This document shows, piece by piece, positions 12,801-25,100 of a stretch of DNA of 64,000 nucleotides. Location of the stretch: NCBI GenBank assembly GCA_964057225.1, contig OZ059895.1:22630001-22694000 (forward strand), written 5' to 3'. Within the stretch, counting starts at the first letter, position 1. Each line of letters starts with the position of its first letter. The notes below the pieces were generated by a model. That model was not told where the DNA came from. It was given only the letters and a program-made list of their open reading frames with translations, and did not search any database. A program made the translations under genes and the position numbers. The stretch is from Auanema rhodensis. Taxonomy: Eukaryota > Animalia > Nematoda.

Positions 12801-15800
12801 TTTCAAACGATCATAACTAATTTTTGTATTAAGCGTTTCTCAATGTAGTATAGTGCATTCGATGCGGATTTTTAAGCTGCGTCGATCTGTGTTATCAGAT
12901 TTGCGCTAGCTTAAAAATGCACCGAGATATCAACTGATATAAGTTCACACTTATATCCTCGATTTTCACCCTGAAGAATTAATTTTTTCATTGAATAACA
13001 TTGTCCATCGTCTTTGCCATAAAAAAAGGAATCTAAAAACATCTACTTTTTGCTAAATTATTTTGAAATTTTTCGAAAAAATTTTTGTCAAAATGTTTTT
13101 GGAAGCAATGTTGAGTGTACATGGAAACTCAACATACACTAATGCATCATTTTTCAAACGATCATAACTAATTTTTGTATTAAGCGTTTCTCAGTGTAGT
13201 ATAGTGCATTCGATGCGGATTTTTAAGCTGCGTCGATCTGTGTTATCAGATTTGCGCTAGCTTAAAAATGCACCGAGATATCAACTGATATAAGTTCACA
13301 CTTATATCCTCAATTTTCACCCTGAAGAATTAATTTTTTCGTTGAATAACATTGTCCATCGTCTTTGCCTTGAAAAAAGGAATCTAAAAACATCTACTTT
13401 TTGCTAAATTATTTTGAAATTTTTCGAAAAAATTTTTGTCAAAATGTTTTTGGAAGCAATGTTGAGTGTACATGGAAACTCAACATACACTAATGCATCA
13501 TTTTTCAAACGATCATAACTAATTTTTGTATTAAGCGTTTCTCAATGTAGTATAGTGCATTCGATGCGGATTTTTAAGCTGCGTCGATCTGTGTTATCAG
13601 ATTTGCGCTAGCTTAAAAATGCACCGAGATATCAACTGATATAAGTTCACACTTATATCCTCGATTTTCACCCTGAAGAATTAATTTTTTCATTGAATAA
13701 CATTGTCCATCGTCTTTGCCATAAAAAAAGGAATCTAAAAACATCTACTTTTTGCTAAATTATTCTGAAATTTTTCGAAAAAATTTTTGTCAAAATGTTT
13801 TTGGAAGCAATGTTGAGTGTACATGGAAACTCAACATACACTAATGCATCATTTTTCAAACGATCATAACTAATTTTTGTATTAAGCGTTTCTCAGTGTA
13901 GTATAGTGCATTCGATGCGGATTTTTAAGCTGCGTCGATCTGTGTTATCAGATTTGCGCTAGCTTAAAAATGCACCGAGATATCAACTGATATAAGTTCA
14001 CACTTATATCCTCAATTTTCACCCTGAAGAATTAATTTTTTCGTTGAATAACATTGTCCATCGTCTTTGCCTTGAAAAAAGGAATCTAAAAACATCTACT
14101 TTTTGCTAAATTATTTTGAAATTTTTCGAAAAAATTTTTGTCAAAATGTTTTTGGAAGCAATGTTGAGTGTACATGGAAACTCAACATACACTAATGCAT
14201 CATTTTTCAAACGATCATAACTAATTTTTGTATTAAGCGTTTCTCAATGTAGTATAGTGCATTCGATGCGGATTTTTAAGCTGCGTCGATCTGTCTTATC
14301 AGATTTGCGCTAGCTTAAAAATGCACCGAGATATCAACTGATATAAGTTCACACTTATATCCTCGATTTTCACCCTGAAGAATTAATTTTTTCATTGAAT
14401 AACATTGTCCATCGTCTTTGCCTTGAAAAAAGGAATCTAAAAACATCTACTTTTTGCTAAATTATTTTGAAATTTTTCGAAAAAATTTTTGTCAAAATGT
14501 TTTTGGAAGCAATGTTGAGTGTACATGGAAACTCAACATACACTAATGCATCATTTTTCAAACGATCATAACTAATTTTTGTATTAAGCGTTTCGCAATG
14601 TAGTATAGTGCATTCGATGCGGATTTTTAAGCTGCGTCGATCTGTGTTATCAGATTTGCGCTAGCTTAAAAATGCACCGAGATATCAACTGATATAAGTT
14701 CACACTTATATCCTCAATTTTCACCCTGAAGAATTAATTTTTTCGTTGAATAACATTGTCCATCGTCTTTGCCTTGAAAAAAGGAATCTAAAAACATCTA
14801 CTTTTTGCTAAATTATTTTGAAATTTTTCGAAAAAATTTTTGTCAAAATGTTTTTGGAAGCAATGTTGAGTGTACATGGAAACTCAACATACACTAATGC
14901 ATCATTTTTCAAACGATCATAACTAATTTTTGTATTAAGCGTTTCTCAATGTAGTATAGTGCATTCGATGCGGATTTTTAAGCTGCGTCGATCTGTGTTA
15001 TCAGATTTGCGCTAGCTTAAAAATGCACCGAGATATCAACTGATATAAGTTCACACTTATATCCTCGATTTTCACCCTGAAGAATTAATTTTTTCATTGA
15101 ATAACATTGTCCATCGTCTTTGCCATAAAAAAAGGAATCTAAAAACATCTACTTTTTGCTAAATTATTTTGAAATTTTTCGAAAAAATTTTTGTCAAAAT
15201 GTTTTTGGAAGCAATGTTGAGTGTACATGGAAACTCAACATACACTAATGCATCATTTTTCAAACGATCATAACTAATTTTTGTATTAAGCGTTTCTCAG
15301 TGTAGTATAGTGCATTCGATGCGGATTTTTAAGCTGCGTCGATCTGTGTTATCAGATTTGCGCTAGCTTAAAAATGCACCGAGATATCAACTGATATAAG
15401 TTCACACTTATATCCTCAATTTTCACCCTGAAGAATTAATTTTTTCGTTGAATAACATTGTCCATCGTCTTTGCCTTGAAAAAAGGAATCTAAAAACATC
15501 TACTTTTTGCTAAATTATTTTGAAATTTTTCGAAAAAATTTTTGTCAAAATGTTTTTGGAAGCAATGTTGAGTGTACATGGAAACTCAACATACACTAAT
15601 GCATCATTTTTCAAACGATCATAACTAATTTTTGTATTAAGCGTTTCTCAATGTAGTATAGTGCATTCGATGCGGATTTTTAAGCTGCGTCGATCTGTGT
15701 TATCAGATTTGCGCTAGCTTAAAAATGCACCGAGATATCAACTGATATAAGTTCACACTTATATCCTCGATTTTCACCCTGAAGAATTAATTTTTTCATT

Positions 15801-17550
15801 GAATAACATTGTCCATCGTCTTTGCCTTGAAAAAAGGAATCTAAAAACATCTACTTTTTGCTAAATTATTTTGAAATTTTTCGAAAAAATTTTTGTCAAA
15901 ATGTTTTTGGAAGCAATGTTGAGTGTACATGGAAACTCAACATACTCTAATGCATCATTTTTCAAACGATCATAACTAATTTTTGTATTAAGCGTTTCGC
16001 AATGTAGTATAGTGCATTCGATGCGGATTTTTAAGCTGCGTCGATCTGTGTTATCAGATTTGCGCTAGCTTAAAAATGCACCGAGATATCAACTGATATA
16101 AGTTCACACTTATATCCTCAATTTTCACCCTGAAGAATTAATTTTTTCGTTGAATAACATTGTCCATCGTCTTTGCCTTGAAAAAAGGAATCTAAAAACA
16201 TCTACTTTTTGCTAAATTATTTTGAAATTTTTCGAAAAAATTTTTGTCAAAATGTTTTTGGAAGCAATGTTGAGTGTACATGGAAACTCAACATACACTA
16301 ATGCATCATTTTTCAAACGATCATAACTAATTTTTGTATTAAGCGTTTCTCAATGTAGTATAGTGCATTCGATGCGGATTTTTAAGCTGCGTCGATCTGT
16401 GTTATCAGATTTGCGCTAGCTTAAAAATGCACCGAGATATCAACTGATATAAGTTCACACTTATATCCTCGATTTTCACCCTGAAGAATTAATTTTTTCA
16501 TTGAATAACATTGTCCATCGTCTTTGCCATAAAAAAAGGAATCTAAAAACATCTACTTTTTGCTAAATTATTTTGAAATTTTTCGAAAAAATTTTTGTCA
16601 AAATGTTTTTGGAAGCAATGTTGAGTGTACATGGAAACTCAACATACACTAATGCATCATTTTTCAAACGATCATAACTAATTTTTGTATTAAGCGTTTC
16701 TCAGTGTAGTATAGTGCATTCGATGCGGATTTTTAAGCTGCGTCGATCTGTGTTATCAGATTTGCGCTAGCTTAAAAATGCACCGAGATATCAACTGATA
16801 TAAGTTCACACTTATATCCTCAATTTTCACCCTGAAGAATTAATTTTTTCGTTGAATAACATTGTCCATCGTCTTTGCCTTGAAAAAAGGAATCTAAAAA
16901 CATCTACTTTTTGCTAAATTATTTTGAAATTTTTCGAAAAAATTTTTGTCAAAATGTTTTTGGAAGCAATGTTGAGTGTACATGGAAACTCAACATACAC
17001 TAATGCATCATTTTTCAAACGATCATAACTAATTTTTGTATTAAGCGTTTCTCAATGTAGTATAGTGCATTCGATGCGGATTTTTAAGCTGCGTCGATCT
17101 GTGTTATCAGATTTGCGCTAGCTTAAAAATGCACCGAGATATCAACTGATATAAGTTCACACTTATATCCTCGATTTTCACCCTGAAGAATTAATTTTTT
17201 CATTGAATAACATTGTCCATCGTCTTTGCCTTGAAAAAAGGAATCTAAAAACATCTACTTTTTGCTAAATTATTTTGAAATTTTTCGAAAAAATTTTTGT
17301 CAAAATGTTTTTGGAAGCAATGTTGAGTGTACATGGAAACTCAACATACACTAATGCATCATTTTTCAAACGATCATAACTAATTTTTGTATTAAGCGTT
17401 TCTCAATGTAGTATAGTGCATTCGATGCGGATTTTTAAGCTGCGTCGATCTGTGTTATCAGATTTGCGCTAGCTTAAAAATGCACCGAGATATCAACTGA
17501 TATAAGTTCACACTTATATCCTCGATTTTCACCCTGAAGAATTAATTTTT
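9829..17550. repeat. Incipient dimeric (702 bp) / tetrameric (1404 bp) higher-order repeat
   Basis: Variant units Y (G3A+T32A+G34A+A207G+G325A) or Z (G3A+T204G+G325A) alternate with consensus units. Y-c-Z-c tetramers start at 9829, 13690 and 15094. One phase slip at 11935-12286. Confidence 0.85.
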
Positions 17551-20500
17551 CCGTTGAATAACAATGTCCATCGTATTTGCCTTGAAAAACGGAATCTAAA
17601 AACATCTACTTTTTGCTAAATTATTCTGAAATTTTTCGAAAAAATTTTTGTCAAAATGTTTTTGGAAGCAATGTTGAGTGTACATGGAAACTCAACATAC
17701 ACTAATGCATCATTTTTCAAACGATCATAACTAATTTTTGTATTAAGCGTTTCTCAATGTAGTATAGTGCATTCGATGCGGATTTTTAAGCTGCGTCGAT
17801 CTGTGTTATCAGATTTGCGCTAGCTTAAAAATGCACCGAGATATCAACTGATATAAGTTCACACTTATATCCTCGATTTTCACCCTGAAGAATTAATTTT
17901 TTCGTTGAATAACATTGTCCATCGTCTTTGCCTTGAAAAAAGGAATCTAAAAACATCTACTTTTTGCTAAATTATTTTGAAATTTTTCGAAAAAATTTTT
18001 GTCAAAATGTTTTTGGAAGCAATGTTGAGTGTACATGGAAACTCAACATACACTAATGCATCATTTTTCAAACGATCATAACTAATTTTTGTATTAAGCG
18101 TTTCTCAATGTAGTATAGTGCATTCGATGCGGATTTTTAAGCTGCGTCGATCTGTGTTATCAGATTTGCGCTAGCTTAAAAATGCACCGAGATATCAACT
18201 GATATAAGTTCACACTTATATCCTCGATTTTCACCCTGAAGAATTAATTTTTTCGTTGAATAACATTGTCCATCGTCTTTGCCTTGAAAAAAGGAATCTA
18301 AAAACATCTAATTTTTGCTAAATTATTTTGAAATTTTTCGAAAAAATTTTTGTCAAAATGTTTTTGGAAGCAATGTTGAGTGTACATGGAAACTCAACAT
18401 ACACTAATGCATCATTTTTCAAACGATCATAACTAATTTTTGTATTGAGCGTTTCTCAATGTAGTATAGTGCATTCGATGCGGATTTTTAAGCTGCGTCG
18501 ATCTGTGTTATCAAATTTGCGCTAGCTTAAAAATGCACCGAGATATCAACTGATATAAGTTCACACTTATATCCTCGATTTTCACCCTGAAGAATTAATT
18601 TTTTCGTTGAATAACATTGTCCATCGTCTTTGCCTTGAAAAAAGGAATCTAAAAACATCTACTTTTTGCTGAATTATTTCGAAATTTTTCGAAAAAATTT
18701 TTGTCAAAATGTTTTTGGAAGCAATGTTGAGTGTACATGGAAACTCAACATACACTAATGCATCATTTTTCAAACGATCATAACTAATTTTTGTATTAAG
18801 CGTTTCTCAATGTAGTATAGTGCATTCGATGCGGATTTTTAAGCTGCGTCGATCTGTGTTATCAGATTTGCGCTAGCTTAAAAATGCACCGAGATATCAA
18901 CTGATATAAGTTCACACTTATATCCTCGATTTTCACCCTGAAGAATTAATTTTTTCGTTGAATAACATTGTCCATCGTCTTTGCCTTGAAAAAAGGAATC
19001 TAAAAACATCTACTTTTTGCTGAATTATTTCGAAATTTTTCGAAAAAATTTTTGTCAAAATGTTTTTGGAAGCAATGTTGAGTGTACATGGAAACTCAAC
19101 ATACACTAATGCATCATTTTTCAAACGATCATAACTAATTTTTGTATTAAGCGTTTCTCAATGTAGTATAGTGCATTCGATGCGGATTTTTAAGCTGCGT
19201 CGATCTGTGTTATCAGATTTGCGCTAGCTTAAAAATGCACCGAGATATCAACTGATATAAGTTCACACATATATCCTCAATTTTCACCCTGAAGAATTAA
19301 TTTTTTCGTTGAATAACTATGTCCATCGTCTTTGCCTTGAAAAAAGGAATCTAAAAACATCTACTTTTTGCTAAATTATTTTGAAATTTTTCGAAAAAAT
19401 TTTTGTCAAAATGTTTTTGGAAGCAATGTTGAGTGTACATGGAAACTCAACATACACTAATGCATCATTTTTCAAACGATCATAACTAATTTTTGTATTA
19501 AGCGTTTCTCAATGTAGTATAGTGCATTCGATGCGGATGTTTAAGCTGCGTCGATCTGTGTTATCAGATTTGCGCTAGCTTAAAAATGCACCGAGATATC
19601 AACTGATATAAGGTCACACTTATATCCTCGATTTTCACCCTGAAGAATTAATTTTTTCGTTGAATAACATTGTCCATCGTCTTTGCCTTGAAAAAAGGAA
19701 TCTAAAAACATCTACTTTTTGCTAAATTATTTTGAAATTTTTCGAAAAAATTTTTGTCAAAATGTTTTTGGAAGCAATGTTGAGTGTACATGGAAACTCA
19801 ACATACACTAATGCATCATTTTTCAAACGATCATAACTAATTTTTGTATTAAGCGTTTCTCAATGTAGTATAGTGCATTCGATGCGGATTTTTAAGCTGC
19901 GTCGATCTGTGTTATCAGATTTGCGCTAGCTTAAAAATGCACCGAGATATCAACTGATATAAGTTCACACTTATATCCTCAATTTTCACCCTGAAGAATT
20001 AATTTTTTCGTTGAATAACATTGTCCATCGTCTTTGCCTTGAAAACAGGAATCTAAAAACATCTCCTTTTTGCTAAATTATTTTGAAATTTTTCGAAAAA
20101 ATTTTTGTCAAAATGTTTTTGGAAGCAATGTTGAGTGTACATGGAAACTCAACATACACTAATGCATCATTTTTCAAACGATCATAACTAATTTTTGTAT
20201 TGAGCGTTTCTCAATGTAGTGTAGTGCATTCGATGCGGATTTTTAAGCTGCGTCGATCTGTGTTATCAGATTTGCGCTAGCTTAAAAATGCACCGAGATA
20301 TCAACTGATATAAGTTCACACTTATATCCTCGATTTTCACCCTGAAGAATTAATTTTTTCGTTGAATAACATTGTCCATCGTCTTTGCCTTGAAAAAAGG
20401 AATCTAAAAACATCTACTTTTTGCTAAATTATTTTGAAATTTTTCGAAAAAATTTTTGTCAAAATGTTTTTGGAAGCAATGTTGAGTGTACATGGAAACT

Positions 20501-22437
20501 CAACATACACTAATGCATCATTTTTCAAACGATCATAACTAATTTTTGTATTAAGCGTTTCTCAATGTAGTATAGTGCATTCGATGCGGATTTTTAAGCT
20601 GCGTCGATCTGTGTTATCAGATTTGCGCTAGCTTAAAAATGCACCGAGATATCAACTGATATAAGTTCACACTTATATCCTCGATTTTCACCCTGAAGAA
20701 TTAATTTTTTCGTTGAATAACATTGTCCATCGTCTTTGCCATGAAAAAAGGAATCTAAAAACATCTACTTTTTGCTAAATTATTTTGAAATTTTTCGAAA
20801 AAATTTTTGTCAAAATGTTTTTGGAAGCAATGTTGAGTGTACATGGAAACTCAACATACACTAATGCATCATTTTTCAAACGATCATAACTAATTTTTGT
20901 ATTGAGCGTTTCTCAATGTAGTGTAGTGCATTCGATGCGGATTTTTAAGCTGCGTCGATCTGTGTTATCAAATTTGCGCTAGCTTAAAAATGCACCGAGA
21001 TATCAACTGATATAAGTTCACACTTATATCCTCGATTTTCACCCTGAAGAATTAATTTTTTCGTTGAATAACATTGTCCATCGTCTTTGCCTTGAAAAAA
21101 GGAATCTAAAAACATCTACTTTTTGCTAAATTATTTTGAAATTTTTCGAAAAAATTTTTGTCAAAATGTTTTTGGAAGCAATGTTGAGTGTACATGGAAA
21201 CTCAACATACACTAATGCATCATTTTTCAAACGATCATAACTAATTTTTGTATTAAGCGTTTCTCAATGTAGTATAGTGCATTCGATGCGGATTTTTAAG
21301 CTGCGTCGATCTGTGTTATCAGATTTGCGCTAGCTTAAAAATGCACCGAGATATCAACTGATATAAGTTCACACTTATATCCTCGATTTTCACCCTGAAG
21401 AATTAATTTATTCGTTGAATAACATTGTCCATCGTCTTTGCCTTGAAAAAAGGAATCTAAAAACATTAACTTTTTGCTAAATTATTTTGAAATTTTTCGA
21501 AAAAATTTTTGTCAAAATGTTTTTGGAAACAATGTTGAGTGTACATGGAAACTCAACATACACTAATGCATCATTTTTCAAACGATCATAACTAATTTTT
21601 GTATTAAGCGTTTCTCAATGTAGTATAGTGCATTCGATGCGGATTTTTAAGCTGCGTCGATCTGTGTTATCAGATTTGCGCTAGCTTAAAAATGCACCGA
21701 GATATCAACTGATATAAGTTCACACTTATATCCTCGATTTTCACCCTGAAGAATTAATTTTTTCGTTGAATAACAATGTCCATCGTATTTGCCTTGAAAA
21801 ACGGAATCTAAAAACATCTACTTTTTGCTAAATTATTCTGAAATTTTTCGAAAAAATTTTTGTCAAAATGTTTTTGGAAGCAATGTTGAGTGTACATGGA
21901 AACTCAACATACACTAATGCATCATTTTTCAAACGATCATAACTAATTTTTGTATTAAGCGTTTCTCAATGTAGTATAGTGCATTCGATGCGGATGTTTA
22001 AGCTGCGTCGATCTGTGTTATCAGATTTGCGCTAGCTTAAAAATGCACCGAGATATCAACTGATATAAGGTCACACTTATATCCTCGATTTTCACCCTGA
22101 AGAATTAATTTTTTCGTTGAATAACATTGTCCATCGTCTTTGCCTTGAAAAAAGGAATCTAAAAACATCTACTTTTTGCTAAATTATTTTGAAATTTTTC
22201 GAAAAAATTTTTGTCAAAATGTTTTTGGAAGCAATGTTGAGTGTACATGGAAACTCAACATACACTAATGCATCATTTTTCAAACGATCATAACTAATTT
22301 TTGTATTAAGCGTTTCTCAATGTAGTATAGTGCATTCGATGCGGATTTTTAAGCTGCGTCGATCTGTGTTATCAGATTTGCGCTAGCTTAAAAATGCACC
22401 GAGATATCAACTGATATAAGTTCACACTTATATCCTC

Positions 22438-25100
22438 AATTTTCACCCTGAAGAATTAATTTTTTCGTTGAATAACATTGTCCATCGTCTTTGCCTTGAA
22501 AACAGGAATCTAAAAACATCTCCTTTTTGCTAAATTATTTTGAAATTTTTCGAAAAAATTTTTGTCAAAATGTTTTTGGAAGCAATGTTGAGTGTACATG
22601 GAAACTCAACATACACTAATGCATCATTTTTCAAACGATCATAACTAATTTTTGTATTGAGCGTTTCTCAATGTAGTATAGTGCATTCGATGCGGATTAT
22701 TAAGCTGCGTCGATCTGTGTTATCAGATTTGCGCTAGCTTAAAAATGCACCGAGATATCAACTGATATAAGTTCACACTTATATCCTCGATTTTCACCCT
22801 GAAGAATTAATTTTTTCGTTGAATAACATTGTCCATCGTCTTTGCCATGAAAAAAGGAATCTAAAAACATCTACTTTTTGCTAAATTATTTTAAAATTTT
22901 TCGAAAAAATTTTTGTCAAAATGTTTTTGGAAGCAATGTTGAGTGTACATGGAAACTCAACATACACTAATGCATCATTTTTCAAACGATCATAACTAAT
23001 TTTTGTATTAAGCGTTTCTCAATGTAGTATAGTGCATTCGATGCGGATTTTTAAGCTGCGTCGATCTGTGTTATCAGATTTGCGCTAGCTTAAAAATGCA
23101 CCGAGATATCAACTGATATAAGTTCACACTTATATCCTCGATTTTCACCCTGAAGAATTAATTTTTTCGTTGAATAACATTGTCCATCGTCTTTGCCATG
23201 AGAAAAGGAATCTAAAAACATCTACTTTTTGCTAAATTATTTTAAAATTTTTCGAAAAAATTTTTGTCAAAATGTTTTTGGAAGCAATGTTGAGTGTACA
23301 TGGAAACTCAACATACACTAATGCATCATTTTTCAAACGATCATAACTAATTTTTGTATTGAGCGTTTCTCAATGTAGTATAGTGCATTCGATGCGGATT
23401 TTTAAGCTGCGTCGATCTGTGTTATCAGATTTGCGCTAGCTTAAAAATGCACCGAGATATCAACTGATAAAAGTTCACACTTATATCCTCGATTTTCACC
23501 CTGAAGAATTAATTTTTTCGTTGAATAACATTGTCCATCGTCTTTGCCTTGAAAAAAGGAATCTAAAAACATCTACTTTTTGCTAAATTATTTTGAAATT
23601 TTTCGAAAAAATTTTTGTCAAAATGTTTTTGGAAGCAATGTTGAGTGTACATGGAAACTCAACATACACTAATGCATCATTTTTCAAACGATCATAACTA
23701 ATTTTTGTATTAAGCGTTTCTCAGTGTAGTATAGTGCATTCGATGCGGATTTTTAAGCTGCGTCGATCTGTGTTATCAGATTTGCGCTAGCTTAAAAATG
23801 CACCGAGATATCAACTGATATAAGTTCACACTTATATCCTCAATTTTCACCCTGAAGAATTAATTTTTTCGTTGAATAACATTGTCCATCGTCTTTGCCT
23901 TGAAAACAGGAATCTAAAAACATCTCCTTTTTGCTAAATTATTTTGAAATTTTTCGAAAAAATTTTTGTCAAAATGTTTTTGGAAGCAATGTTGAGTGTA
24001 CATGGAAACTCAACATACACTAATGCATCATTTTTCAAACGATCATAACTAATTTTTGTATTGAGCGTTTCTCAATGTAGTATAGTGCATTCGATGCGGA
24101 TTATTAAGCTGCGTCGATCTGTGTTATCAGATTTGCGCTAGCTTAAAAATGCACCGAGATATCAACTGATATAAGTTCACACTTATATCCTCGATTTTCA
24201 CCCTGAAGAATTAATTTTTTCGTTGAATAACATTGTCCATCGTCTTTGCCATGAAAAAAGGAATCTAAAAACATCTACTTTTTGCTAAATTATTTTAAAA
24301 TTTTTCGAAAAAATTTTTGTCAAAATGTTTTTGGAAGCAATGTTGAGTGTACATGGAAACTCAACATACACTAATGCATCATTTTTCAAACGATCATAAC
24401 TAATTTTTGTATTAAGCGTTTCTCAATGTAGTATAGTGCATTCGATGCGGATTTTTAAGCTGCGTCGATCTGTGTTATCAGATTTGCGCTAGCTTAAAAA
24501 TGCACCGAGATATCAACTGATATAAGTTCACACTTATATCCTCGATTTTCACCCTGAAGAATTAATTTTTTCGTTGAATAACATTGTCCATCGTCTTTGC
24601 CATGAGAAAAGGAATCTAAAAACATCTACTTTTTGCTAAATTATTTTAAAATTTTTCGAAAAAATTTTTGTCAAAATGTTTTTGGAAGCAATGTTGAGTG
24701 TACATGGAAACTCAACATACACTAATGCATCATTTTTCAAACGATCATAACTAATTTTTGTATTGAGCGTTTCTCAATGTAGTATAGTGCATTCGATGCG
24801 GATTTTTAAGCTGCGTCGATCTGTGTTATCAGATTTGCGCTAGCTTAAAAATGCACCGAGATATCAACTGATAAAAGTTCACACTTATATCCTCGATTTT
24901 CACCCTGAAGAATTAATTTTTTCGTTGAATAACATTGTCCATCGTCTTTGCCTTGAAAAAAGGAATCTAAAAACATCTACTTTTTGCTAAATTATTTTGA
25001 AATTTTTCGAAAAAATTTTTGTCAAAATGTTTTTGGAAGCAATGTTGAGTGTACATGGAAACTCAACATACACTAATGCATCATTTTTCAAACGATCATA
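22438..25100. repeat. Four-monomer (1404 bp) tandem block duplication
   Basis: Units at 22465/22816/23167 match those at 23869/24220/24571, including private variants T235A and A36G. Confidence 0.88.

Noticed and set aside
18582-19124. Two identical 63-aa ORFs as real genes
   Set aside because: They exist only because A68G removes a TAG in 2 of ~183 satellite units. The F/K/I/N-rich composition mirrors the A/T tracts and I recognise no domain.
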